DNA from: a virus
Lineage: Duplodnaviria > Caudoviricetes
Length of the DNA: 64,000 nucleotides
Reading direction: 5' to 3' (one strand)
IMG/VR virus record: IMGVR_UViG_2061766007_000015
Span: 9,636-73,635 of that record
The notes beneath the pieces were generated by a model that saw nothing but the letters and a program-made list of their open reading frames with translations, had not been told where the DNA came from and made no database searches. Below, in pieces: positions 19,208 through 30,251 of the stretch; positions within the stretch are counted from its first letter, which is position 1; each line of letters starts with the position of its first letter. Made by a program: the position numbers and the translations under genes.

Positions 19208-20027
19208 TTGTACCTCCTTTCTTATAGTGACCACTGATTATTTTGGGTGTAAAGTTCTTATATGGTATTCTTAGTTTGTCGTAATTTTGTGGTGTACCAT
19301 TAGTAAGAATTACATGGTGTTCCACATACTCTAGTCTAGTTATGCCTTTGTAACAATCGCCAGTTGCCATGGGTGCTCTACAGTTCACTTGCATGCCGAA
19401 TGGATATAATCCAATATTGCCACGCTTATTGTTGTCGAGAACAATAGTCATATCCTCAAGCACACTTGCTTTATACGGGCCTATCGGCTTCTTCACATCA
19501 TACACAAACATATTGCCGTAATGTGAAGCAAATTTATAGGTATCTTTATTTATGCCGATATAGTATGATGCACTTGGTGGACCAACTATACCTACATGCT
19601 CACTGCAATTTAAGAAACGGATATAAGCATCGATTACACGCTCAAAATCAAACTTCTTTGTACTACATATTTTATCATCTTTACTCTGCCATCTCAATTG
19701 GACGCTCTCAATATCATCAAACATAAAGCAGATGTATCTTATTCCATTTGCTTCGGCATACTCATCGATAAATTGTCTGGCGTATGTACACACCTTATGT
19801 GTATAATTGTACGTACCAACGCTATCGACTTTATCGTAGTAATCTTCCTTCTTAAATCTGAGAACCTTATAATCAACACCGTCCACATAATCGTACAGTT
19901 GTGGGTCATCCTCACCAACAACAACGTATATTGGATGACTCACATGATACGACCTGAGTAATTCAAGTGTTGGTATGTACTTTGCTTTACCGTAACTCGG
20001 TATAAAATATGCTACATTATCTATCAT
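19194..20027 (-). CDS. Second, divergent TAGT-like glycosyltransferase; ATGA overlap with the polA stop
   Basis: FIPSYGKA, MFDDI, LEDM, TPKII; paralogous to 17949-18821. Confidence 0.72.
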   Translation of the reverse strand: MIDNVAYFIPSYGKAKYIPTLELLRSYHVSHPIYVVVGEDDPQLYDYVDGVDYKVLRFKKEDYYDKVDSVGTYNYTHKVCTYARQFIDEYAEANGIRYICFMFDDIESVQLRWQSKDDKICSTKKFDFERVIDAYIRFLNCSEHVGIVGPPSASYYIGINKDTYKFASHYGNMFVYDVKKPIGPYKASVLEDMTIVLDNNKRGNIGLYPFGMQVNCRAPMATGDCYKGITRLEYVEHHVILTNGTPQNYDKLRIPYKNFTPKIISGHYKKGGTNGII

Positions 20028-22339
20028 ACTTTTATTGATTCTCCGTACCAAGACTTAGATACTTCTACATCACAACTGAATGGCATATGAAGTATCTTCT
20101 GTGCCGCATCACTCATTACCTGAGCAAGCAACTCTGAACATTCCTTAGCGTTTTCTTCAGGACATTCTGCGATTACTTCATCGTGTACTGGTATAAGCAA
20201 TCTAAAGCCTAACTCTTTCAGCCTTGCATTGTTATGCAAATCAATCATGGCTAACTTTGTTAAGTCTGCGGCACTACCTTGGATTCTTGCATTTACTACC
20301 TGTCTTGTTGCTTCTGCTATCTTCTTTCCGTTGTCAATTATCCAAATACCTTCTTCGTTGGCTTCTTCAAATATCCTACGTTTCTGATTGAATCGACAAT
20401 TAGCAAGTTTAGCCAAATAGTATTTTTGCTTGTTCTCGGGTACAGGTGCAACTGAATCATCTGAATCAAAGTCAAGCACATCCCAATTCACTAATGCGCT
20501 AGAGTCTGACCATTTAAACTCGTACTCGGGTAACTGCATATCTGGCAATCTTCTCTTACGTCCGCATACAGTGGTTACATAGCCTAATGTTCTAGCCATC
20601 TCTAATGAGGTATCTTCAAATATCTTTATCTCAAGATACTTCTTATATAGGTTGGCTTTCAACTGCTTCGCTCTATCCAAAGTTATATGCATGCCATCAG
20701 CAACACTTTCATCACCACGTCCATACAAAATACCTAACAACACTGGCTTTGCATCACTTCGTCTTTGCTTGTACTCTTTAGGGTTCTTATTACCGTTCTC
20801 GTCAAACTCTCGGCACATCTCGTATGCCACTTCAAAACATGCGCTGGCTACGTGGCTGTAAATATCATCGCCTCGTACTCTTGCTTCGTACAATGCTGTA
20901 TATCCCAACTCATTACAGAATGAAGCCAAGCATGACGGCTCTTGCTGACTATAGTCCGATGACAATAACACACATCCGTCACTTGCGGTAAACATCTGTC
21001 GAATGTCTGTAATGTGAGATGGTATGTTCTGTAAGTTAGGTTCGCTACTAGACATTCTACCTGTGTCTGCACCATACTGATTAAACTTACAATGTATTCT
21101 TCCATCATTCGGATTTACACACTCAGGTAGTTTATCAATAAACGTGCTGACTATGGTTGAGAACTCTCGATAGTCTAGTATGGCTTTCGCAACGTCGTTA
21201 TCTATCGCCTTAAGACTTTCTTCGTTGGTACTTCTTGACGGCTTCTTCGTCTTTTTATCGACAGGCTGTTCACACCCTAATATATCGTAGAGTATGATTG
21301 CTAACTGTTGAGGACTCTCGATATTAATCGGGTCACTTAGTTTGCAGTCGTGCTTGTGTATGCTTTTATAACGCTCAATATCGTTGCTGTAACGCTCTAG
21401 AACACTGTAGAAAGCGTTTACACGCTCTTCTAATAGTGCATGATACTTTTCTTTTAATTTAGCGTTATATTCGAAATCAAACTTAACACCAGCGTCTTCC
21501 ATATCAGCCACAACTTCAACTAGTGGCATCTCAATGTTAAAGAATACCCAAGCAAGTTTACGCATATCTTCTCGGTCGGAGTCTGACCTTAGATACTGAC
21601 TCTGGTACAAATAGAACTCATAGGTAATTCTCGGGTCATGAGCCGCATATAAAACTGCTGTCTGTAATGGTATGAGTGTAAATGGTATGCCTTTAAACAA
21701 TTCATCGAAAGTAAACGCATCTTCTTTTCCATCCAATACATACTTCTGATGTAATGGCTTCAATCTGTTCACAGGCTCGTTCTCATTCAACAACCGCTGT
21801 GCTAAATAACAATCCCACGAACAGTATATACCTTTAACACCTACCATGTTTCGCATTACTCGTATATCGAAATCCGCATTGAACATTACGATAAACGGCT
21901 TTGCTTCCAACATGCGCTCAAACTCTTGGCGTATCAGTTCGATTGGCAATTGTCCATCAATCTTACTGTTAGTCATGTAACTAACATGATTGATTGGTAT
22001 ATACGCTTCATTCAGTCCAGGTGTGTAAATACATATACCAGCAACTGTATCAAGCAGTGGATTAAGTCCCGTTGTCTCAGTATCGATACTTACTACACCG
22101 TTCGCAATAATCTTATCAATATATTGTTTTAGGGTCTCTTCGTCCTGGATTAAAGTGCAGTTATCTCGATATTTGCCTAAGTACTTCTCAACCGTGGCTA
22201 TTGCAGTCTGTACTCTGGCCATTAAACCCCCACTACCCTTGATGGTAATGGGGGCTTTGTAAGATGCACTATTTGCTTTTTTCGCTACCGAAACATCCTG
22301 CGCCCTGCTGGGTCTACTCGGTATAGTGAAAAGTGCCAT
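20024..22339 (-). CDS. polA: Family A DNA polymerase with 3'-5' exonuclease and no 5'-3' exonuclease domain
   Basis: IDTETTG, TGRMSSSEPNLQNIP, SDYSQQE, AKPVLLGILYG, IQGSAAD, VHDE. Confidence 0.95.
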   Translation of the reverse strand: MALFTIPSRPSRAQDVSVAKKANSASYKAPITIKGSGGLMARVQTAIATVEKYLGKYRDNCTLIQDEETLKQYIDKIIANGVVSIDTETTGLNPLLDTVAGICIYTPGLNEAYIPINHVSYMTNSKIDGQLPIELIRQEFERMLEAKPFIVMFNADFDIRVMRNMVGVKGIYCSWDCYLAQRLLNENEPVNRLKPLHQKYVLDGKEDAFTFDELFKGIPFTLIPLQTAVLYAAHDPRITYEFYLYQSQYLRSDSDREDMRKLAWVFFNIEMPLVEVVADMEDAGVKFDFEYNAKLKEKYHALLEERVNAFYSVLERYSNDIERYKSIHKHDCKLSDPINIESPQQLAIILYDILGCEQPVDKKTKKPSRSTNEESLKAIDNDVAKAILDYREFSTIVSTFIDKLPECVNPNDGRIHCKFNQYGADTGRMSSSEPNLQNIPSHITDIRQMFTASDGCVLLSSDYSQQEPSCLASFCNELGYTALYEARVRGDDIYSHVASACFEVAYEMCREFDENGNKNPKEYKQRRSDAKPVLLGILYGRGDESVADGMHITLDRAKQLKANLYKKYLEIKIFEDTSLEMARTLGYVTTVCGRKRRLPDMQLPEYEFKWSDSSALVNWDVLDFDSDDSVAPVPENKQKYYLAKLANCRFNQKRRIFEEANEEGIWIIDNGKKIAEATRQVVNARIQGSAADLTKLAMIDLHNNARLKELGFRLLIPVHDEVIAECPEENAKECSELLAQVMSDAAQKILHMPFSCDVEVSKSWYGESIKV

Positions 22340-22341
22340 TG

Positions 22342-23010
22342 TTAGAATCTATCTCCTCTTGCAGGAGTTCTTCTAGGATAACTCTCTGCTGTGCCGGCGC
22401 TTCTTGAAGGTGCGCTGTTTGTGAATGAGGTCTCGGTTTCTTCAGGAAATTCGCCTGTATGTAAGTAGTAATTCATATCATCTTCGGTCTTGCTAAGAAC
22501 TAAACCACCAATAATATCACCGCTCTCGGGTAAATCTTCAAGCGTAGTGTTATCCGGAACACCGATAGGATAAATGCCGTATGTAGTCTGAGTATCTTTG
22601 GGTTTACCATTACGTTCAATCTCGTATACCTGAGCACACATGGGTGCACCTTCAGGAAGTCTACGACATAATCCCTCTAACTGAGTGAAGAACTTTTTAC
22701 CGCGTTCCCAAATCTGAACTTCCTGAGTATCAACTCTATACACAGGAATGAACATCTTTGCTAACTGTGCCTTGCCTGCCTTGCAGAAAGGACAGTCATC
22801 AACCGGCGAATTGTAACTCTCTCTCTTACAGTCAACGTATCTCTTCTTGCCGTTTACCTGCACTTCATGTACTGCATAGCCTGAAATGTCATCCAAACTG
22901 TTATAAAGGAAACGCACCTTTGCGACTTCCTTATCTTCCTTTAATGAAAAGAAGCCATGGCCGCCTTTGCCGCCATAATTGTCTGCTTCATTGTAACTGA
23001 ATCTTCCCAT
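22342..23010 (-). CDS. Single-stranded DNA-binding protein (gp32-like)
   Basis: FFSLK...VRFL...HEV...DCPFC...WERG; typical position before the polymerase. Confidence 0.7.
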   Translation of the reverse strand: MGRFSYNEADNYGGKGGHGFFSLKEDKEVAKVRFLYNSLDDISGYAVHEVQVNGKKRYVDCKRESYNSPVDDCPFCKAGKAQLAKMFIPVYRVDTQEVQIWERGKKFFTQLEGLCRRLPEGAPMCAQVYEIERNGKPKDTQTTYGIYPIGVPDNTTLEDLPESGDIIGGLVLSKTEDDMNYYLHTGEFPEETETSFTNSAPSRSAGTAESYPRRTPARGDRF

Positions 23011-23012
23011 TC

Positions 23013-23750
23013 TTAGTTTTCCTCGCTTTCTTTTACAAATGATAATACTTCGATAAATGCCTCTCTATACTCTTCCAAATACTGAGTTAAGTCAGTGAAA
23101 TGGATTGAATGAGACTCGGTAAAATGACCGGTGGTCTTAGCATTATGATGCTTACACTTGAACAACTCAACGTTGTGCTGGACTGAACTTGCTAACTGCG
23201 GTAAAGTTACACAATAGACTTCCTGCTTCTTCGCTCTTGAGTACATCATAAGCATTAGTCTACCGTTAATCTTAACACCGCAAGCACACTTGTACGGGTT
23301 CTCTGCAACCTGTACTCCGAGATTACCGAATGACTCGACATACTTCATTACCTCTAAAAGTAACGAATTGTAACCATCGAGTTTTCTCTGAGAAATTGCT
23401 TTAGCCTCTTTCTCTGCGGCTTCGGCTGCCTTACGTGCTCTCTTAGCCTTACGCTCGGCTTTCTTCTCAATCTTCTCGGCCTCATCAGCAGTCAATTCCT
23501 GCTCTGTGAGTTCTACCTCTGCGTATGCTTCTTCTGCTGTCTCTTCTGGTCCATCTGTATTAACTTTTCTTAAATTGGAACGAAATGTACTGTACGTACA
23601 TGTAGCCTGTAGAAAAGGCTTACCTTCGACGGGTTCAAATGCAAGAGTCTTGTATTTGGTATCCCTTGAGACTAATCTTCCAGATTTACCGTTTCGTCTA
23701 TCTTCATAGACCTGGCCGATAATGCCAACTTCATCGTTTGTGCTTTTCAT
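23013..23750 (-). CDS. Hypothetical protein with a central Ala/Glu/Lys coiled coil
   Basis: ORF with RBS and its own promoter at 23811-23843. Confidence 0.55.
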   Translation of the reverse strand: MKSTNDEVGIIGQVYEDRRNGKSGRLVSRDTKYKTLAFEPVEGKPFLQATCTYSTFRSNLRKVNTDGPEETAEEAYAEVELTEQELTADEAEKIEKKAERKAKRARKAAEAAEKEAKAISQRKLDGYNSLLLEVMKYVESFGNLGVQVAENPYKCACGVKINGRLMLMMYSRAKKQEVYCVTLPQLASSVQHNVELFKCKHHNAKTTGHFTESHSIHFTDLTQYLEEYREAFIEVLSFVKESEEN

Positions 23751-23982
23751 CTTTTCCTCCTTCTTAGGGTTTATAGTACAGCGTGTTCATAGTCTCTTGA
23801 CTATAAATACATTATACATCTTACTTAGATTCGATACAACAGGTAATGCAAGTATTCTTTAACTATCTGCAATTCTAATACTTGCTCTATTGGCATGCCT
23901 TTTGACTTGCTGTATCTTTGTACGTACTCGGCAAACTCTTCATTAACTACATATGCCTCGTACATATCTGCGCTATCGTAAT

Positions 23983-25059
23983 TCATCGCCATCTCTCCCA
24001 ATCTTTTATATTTTTGATTTCCTCAGATGAGCACTCACCTACATCTTTACGATTTGAAGGAAATCTTATCTCTGTTATTATCTTACTTTTGAGAGCGGTG
24101 CGCAATACTTTTCTTGCATCTTCACCTGCTTTATCGTTGTCCGTACAAAGTATATATTTTCTCACAGGCAACTCGCGCAGTACTTCTAACTGAGATGCTG
24201 AGCCTAAACCATTAAGCGCAAAAGCATAGAATCCTGCTTGCCACAACAATAGTGCATCAATCATGGACTCACAGATAAACACTTCACTCAATTTTTGCAT
24301 GGTGTAGGTTTTTCCATTACTACGACCACCGCGGGATTCAACTGCTTGTTTCCAAGCCATTTTATACTCGTATAATCCATAGATAGGTTTTTCTGCTCCG
24401 GCTGGATAATTAAAGTACTTTGTGTGCACTGACCGTCTTGCAACAAACAAAGTATTTCCATCAGCATCTCGTACGGGAAAGGTGATGGTTTCACTCTCAG
24501 CATCATATCCCAAATCGAATATTTCCAAGATTCGCTCACTTGTTACTCCTCGTTTTGCCCAATATGGGTGGACGTATCTGTATCTGTCAAGTTCTTCTTC
24601 CGAAACAAACTTTTTATCTTGTCCATCAGCCTTATCATCAGATACAGAATTGACGGCAGTATTATGAATATTACTATTAGTGCTAGCCACAGCACGTCTT
24701 CCAAAGTCAATATCAACATTTTTTCTCTCCTCTACTGAAATACTTGCAAAATTCTTTAATAACCAATTCCACCCAAATCTGTCGAACATCTCATAATGCC
24801 CAAAACAATGTGAAATCATCTCGTCCAATGAATGTGTCTCGCCACAGGCTAAACAATGAAAAGTGCCGTCACTTTTCTTTATACCAGCACTTGGTCTACG
24901 CTCTTGTCCACCTTTATGGTAAGGACAGCAAACTTGCACGTTCTTAGGCGTATCGATTATTTTGTTTAACAAAGGAATACCATTTGCGTGTAACTGATTC
25001 TGTAACTCACTTACTATTGTATAGCAGTCATCCGCAAATGTCACATCTTTTATTGTCAT
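23983..25059 (-). CDS. dnaG: DNA primase (CHC2 zinc finger plus TOPRIM)
   Basis: CPYH...FHCLAC, ICESMIDAL, CTDNDKAG. Confidence 0.9.
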   Translation of the reverse strand: MTIKDVTFADDCYTIVSELQNQLHANGIPLLNKIIDTPKNVQVCCPYHKGGQERRPSAGIKKSDGTFHCLACGETHSLDEMISHCFGHYEMFDRFGWNWLLKNFASISVEERKNVDIDFGRRAVASTNSNIHNTAVNSVSDDKADGQDKKFVSEEELDRYRYVHPYWAKRGVTSERILEIFDLGYDAESETITFPVRDADGNTLFVARRSVHTKYFNYPAGAEKPIYGLYEYKMAWKQAVESRGGRSNGKTYTMQKLSEVFICESMIDALLLWQAGFYAFALNGLGSASQLEVLRELPVRKYILCTDNDKAGEDARKVLRTALKSKIITEIRFPSNRKDVGECSSEEIKNIKDWERWR

Positions 25060-28000
25060 TGGTTGTCCTCATCAATAACACGAAAGTATATGAGCAGAAA
25101 CAGAGTGAATACTTCTAAACCTGTTCCAGTTACAAGAAGAATTTTAATAAGCACATCGTATTGTAATGCAAAACTTATACCAGTTACAATAGGTATTGCA
25201 AAGAGTACAAATACAAATATAATTTCTCCTATAACCATTAATAGTTTTTTCATATTGTATCTCCTCTTTATATTCGGTGCTGAGCATCAAAACGCTGTCT
25301 CAGTATCCTGGTCGCATTAATACTGATTCTGGCTCTCATTATCATCGCCTTAAAGATTTTGCTTGGCTCGCCTTTAATCTTAATTGTTTCATTAACTAAC
25401 TTATCGTTGTTTAAAGTCTTACCTAATGTTTTTAAATTCTCAGTAGTCATTTACTCCTCCTTACCATGTGATGTTTATCCCAAAACACAATACCTGAATT
25501 GACAGAATATCTTCCTGATAGATGATACTTACCCCAAACACAAATTGGTCAAGGGTTATAAACGGAAATATTTTCATGCATTATCTCCTTTATCCTCGCT
25601 ATCAAGTCATCCTCATACAAATCTCCGACTCTCGGAAAAATCTTTTCTTGAACATAATCAATTTCTTTTTCTGTGCCATGAATTGTAACGATAATATCAA
25701 GTCGATATGGACTTACTCGCTTGTAATTAATCTGTTCTCTCGTCACCGCCTACTCTCCTTTCACCTCGTTAACCTTTCTGTCGCACTCCTTTAACACTTC
25801 AAAAACCTTTGCTTTGCTTGGCAAAATCGCTTCGACCTCAATCAACGGGCAAAGAGGATGCCTTCCACAATTTGCACACCCGTTAAATATCAACTGGCAT
25901 CCATTTAAATTCCTTATGCCCATTGATTGACACTCAACACAATCTTTAGGCATTGATGGAATTTCAATAACTACGTTCACGCTTATTCTCCTTTCACCTC
26001 TGCTATCTTCCGGTCAATTATCGCCAAGCAATCTTCATACTCACTTATATTGCGGTCATCGTATCGGTCAATCTGTTCTTCTATCTCTGCCCTAACATCT
26101 TCAAGGGCTTGAATTATCTCGGCATTTCTGAAAAACGTCCTTTGCGCTTTATAATTGGCAATAAATTGTTTAACTCTTTCTTCTTCAATTTTGAAGATAA
26201 AACACTCTTTGCAAGGGAGGTCACGTTCTTTTGGTTCGAGCATCTTGTTTACCATCTGTTCGTGGAAATAATCACTCATGTTCATACTCCTTTACCGCTT
26301 TGTCGATTATCTCAAGCACCGCTTTAAAATGCTTAGTTTCTTCTGAACAATCATCTTTTTTCGCCCAAATATTATCCACGAAGTATTTTTCTACGTCGTA
26401 CTTAATATCCTCTATCACCGATAAGGGAACGGCTTCAACTGGTAGTGCATTCTTAATCCAATCTTCGAACAACCCCCACATATTTAGCATATCCGTTGTA
26501 TAAGTATTGCCATATTCAGACAAACTTTGCTGAATCCATTCAAGTACTGATTGCCTGCTTATAACATCTTCGCAAGGTTCTTTATGTGTTAATTCATGCA
26601 ACTTAAACTCCGCATCTTTTCTTCGATAATATTCTGAATCATAGACTTCTTTAGATACAGTTTCTGCGGATAGTGCTTTGATTGCTTCGTCAAGAGCGCT
26701 GTCCATAGGTATCAACCATTCTTTCGGCATATAGACATATATTTCACTTTTTAATCTGTATAACCAATCAAGGTTCTCTGCGTTTGTCATGCTTCACCTC
26801 CCCTACAACCAATAATCAAACCAAAAGTAATTTCCTTTTTCTGTGGGATAATAATACTGTCCGTAGTAACTATCTTCTCCGTATGTGCCTTGATTGCAAT
26901 ACTCACCACATTCTTGTTCCTCTCCTTTTGGCTCGTCCGTAAACTCGTACTGGTCGTCATGCTCATAGTTGCCTATGTATTTTTCGTAACAATGCTTTGA
27001 ACCATCAACATCAATGTTTTTATAAAGCCATTCATCAATCTCTGCCATTAATGAATTCACTTGCTCCATCTTTTCGACTATTTCTTTAGGTATCATCATA
27101 CTTATTCACCCCACTTTCTGTTCCACCAAGCCTTATCAAATGGATGATTGCATTCTTCTATGTTTACAAAAACCACATAAGATTCTTCTGTAATCTTTGC
27201 ATAGGGAAACATCTTCTGTATAATCTCTCCGTTGGTAAGTCCGTCAAAAACAATGCCACTGTCTATCGCCTTTGCCATAGCAGACCTGCATTGTTTAAAG
27301 TATTTAAAAGTCTCAGGTACATCAATCAATACTTTTGACATCTTATTCAATCACCACCTTTGCATTAACAGGTACTACTTTCTGGTCCGCATCAAAAGAA
27401 GTTGGATAATCTGCAACCAAATTAAAAGCATTTCGACGTATACCTGAACATTCTGTCTTGATATAGACTTCGCGATTATATACGAAAGCATCTCCTATGT
27501 TGATGTCGCAAAAGTGTACGGCGTCTTTAACTAGTCTGTTATCTTCGATTTTCATTCATCTACCTCCTCATCAATGTGTCATTATGTATTCTTAAATATG
27601 GACAATCCATACATGTAGAAGCCATATAATCTTGTGTTTTGTCGCAATCTAACATGCCGTAACAATTACCATCTTTACTTTTATGTTCATCCCAACACTT
27701 ATATCTGGCATTGTTTTCGCATGTTAACTGCCTGCAAGTTTGTTGAATTACTTTACTTACTAAAGTATCCTTTTTACATGCTTCACAAATCTTTATATCT
27801 CTCATCGGCTCACCACTGCTTTCTATTACTCCACTCCGAGATAATACTTCTTGATTCTATCTTCACCTACTGCTTTTATAGCCTCCTGTGCTGTATACGC
27901 ATCTGCAAAATACAATACACCTGCAGTTCTAGCACCACAATCAGATGTAGTATCCAATAAATCATCTGTAGTTAAGTAGATATAACAAATCGAGTTGTAA

Positions 28001-28724
28001 AAGCGAGCGGTATCAACTTCCTTCTGGCTCATAGCAAACTTCTTGAGTTCTGCAATAACCTTACGGCGCTCTACTTCAAGGCTGGCTTCTTCGAGGGTTT
28101 TAAAAATGTTACCAACACATGCGTGGTTACGGTCGATAGAATCGTTGTGCCAAGACATACTAATCACAGAATTGTCACCACTAATATACCAGTATATATC
28201 TCCGCACTTTGGCCATTCAGCCTGCTTTGCTTCTTCGATTTTCTTCTGCACTTCCTCAATCTTAGCCTGCAGTTCATCAAGTTCCTTGTTAAGTTCTTCA
28301 ATCTTGTTAGTCATTCTTTTTCTCCTCTCTGTCAATGATAGCAGTTATTCCAATAATGAAATCGTACATTTCCATTTCAGTTGCTTCCTGTACGTCCTGC
28401 TTGTCTGACCAAAAGTCTTCGACTACTTCTGTAATGTCGTTAAGTTTGTTGTCCGTATTTGGGAGTACCTTAACTTCTACTCCATTAATGATTTTAGTTT
28501 TCATTCTTTTTCTCCTTTAATAAATTTATTTTCTGTTCAATTGACGTAGCAAATATTGCATCTCCACCTGCACAGCGTTTCTTTAAATCAAGTTCTTCAC
28601 TTAAATCGGATAAAGCGGCATTATAGCCCTCACTGAAAGCCCGGTTAATTGCAGTCAGCACATCACCTGTCCTTGGTTTTGGTATCTTTTTTACTTTCAA
28701 TCTTTTGCTCCTTTCGTAGTTCAT
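25056..28724 (-). CDS. Accessory run of about 13 small hypothetical genes (25056-25253 membrane protein through 28494-28724)
   Basis: ORF track; coupled junctions; promoter at 28736-28768. Confidence 0.5.
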
Positions 28725-28961
28725 CTTACATGAATATTATACAACGTATTTTAATGAAAAGCAACAGGAGAGAGCAAAAACTCTCTCCTGCCCGTTCTAT
28801 TCTTTCTTATATTCGTAACTTCCCTGGTATCGCCAGTTCTTAAATACGTGGCGTTTGTTCTTGAATGTAATGTACATCTCAAGTTGACCAAAGGCATCTC
28901 TTGTGAAACTAATCATATCCTCACCTCCTTGTTGTTGACTTTATTTTGATGATTATGGTTT

Positions 28962-30251
28962 TTAAAAAACGTCAGCACGGTCCTTAAACTTGCTCTTAAT
29001 GTCCACTATCTTATCGTCTCGTACTTGTGCAGGTGCGGCATCATCATATGAAGGTATCCAAGTAAACTGTCCTAAGTCTATATCCCATACATACTTCAAC
29101 TTACCACCTACTTTTCCGAAACGCTGTTTCTTTATGCCAAGTTCAAGCACATTATCTTTTTGTCGGATTGCTATAACTTTACTTGCGTTATGTGAGATAC
29201 CGTCACTATCTCTTATGCTTTCAAGTTCTGGTGTATCGTCACTCTCTTTATCAACAACACCACTTCTATTCGCCTGCACTACGACTAAAATAGGTACATG
29301 CATTTCCATTGAAAGTGACATTAAATCCTCACTTATATTTGTAAGTGCTGTAGTCTTATTATCACCGCGCTTCGCTCTTTCGTCCGTCAGATATGTTATA
29401 CCATCAACAGCAAGTACATCAAGTTTATACTGTTGGATATACTTCTTTAACTTGGATACTGTTATGTGCTTATTAAAGTCATTGGGTGTTGATACAATAA
29501 ACTTATGTCCTGCTAATGAGTCGATGTAGTTTTTGTACTCGCCATTGTCTACTTCGCCATTTCCCCACATAAGAGCCTTATTACTGAAATGTTTATGCAA
29601 AGTATCAAATCTATATCCTACGCTACTCGCACTCATTTCGGGTGAAATGTATCCTACGTTAAAGCCTAATTCCCATATGTGCTGACAGATAAACTCTAGT
29701 ATCCAAGATTTACCTTGGTTAGTTCTTGCAAACAGTACAAACAGTTCCTCTGTTCTCTGTATACCGTGAACGATATCGTCAAGTTCTTGAAAGCCTGTAG
29801 TAAAGTACCAATCACTCTGATGTTCCTGTCTGTCAATGAATTGGTCATATCTCTCTTTAGCATCAGATATAATATCTGTACCGCTTATACGATACTCAGG
29901 CTGTAAGTCCTTCATTGCATTTCGCATATACTCTACTGCCGCGTTTGAGTCTGATTGCATTAACTCGGCAATCTTCTTCACAACAGGCACAGTGCGCTGA
30001 AAGAGATTTTCTTCCCTTATTGTGTCTACTAAGTACCTATCGGACTCAGTAACTTCTACCAACTCATCGCCAGGAAACTTCGCTAAGAATGTTGCTTTAT
30101 CAGGTACGTTACCATATTCTTTGTGATGATTAATAATGAAGTTGTACTCATCTTCATATCCAACGAAATATTCTTCTGTAAGTAGATTGTCCTCGATAAG
30201 GCTGAGACTGCCAGTTGCTATTGTCTTGCTTATAACCTGTAACTGAATCAT
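28962..30251 (-). CDS. dnaB: DnaB-like replicative helicase
   Basis: ARTNQGKS, SPEMS, VDGITYL, VVVQANR, KKQRFG. Confidence 0.9.
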   Translation of the reverse strand: MIQLQVISKTIATGSLSLIEDNLLTEEYFVGYEDEYNFIINHHKEYGNVPDKATFLAKFPGDELVEVTESDRYLVDTIREENLFQRTVPVVKKIAELMQSDSNAAVEYMRNAMKDLQPEYRISGTDIISDAKERYDQFIDRQEHQSDWYFTTGFQELDDIVHGIQRTEELFVLFARTNQGKSWILEFICQHIWELGFNVGYISPEMSASSVGYRFDTLHKHFSNKALMWGNGEVDNGEYKNYIDSLAGHKFIVSTPNDFNKHITVSKLKKYIQQYKLDVLAVDGITYLTDERAKRGDNKTTALTNISEDLMSLSMEMHVPILVVVQANRSGVVDKESDDTPELESIRDSDGISHNASKVIAIRQKDNVLELGIKKQRFGKVGGKLKYVWDIDLGQFTWIPSYDDAAPAQVRDDKIVDIKSKFKDRADVF

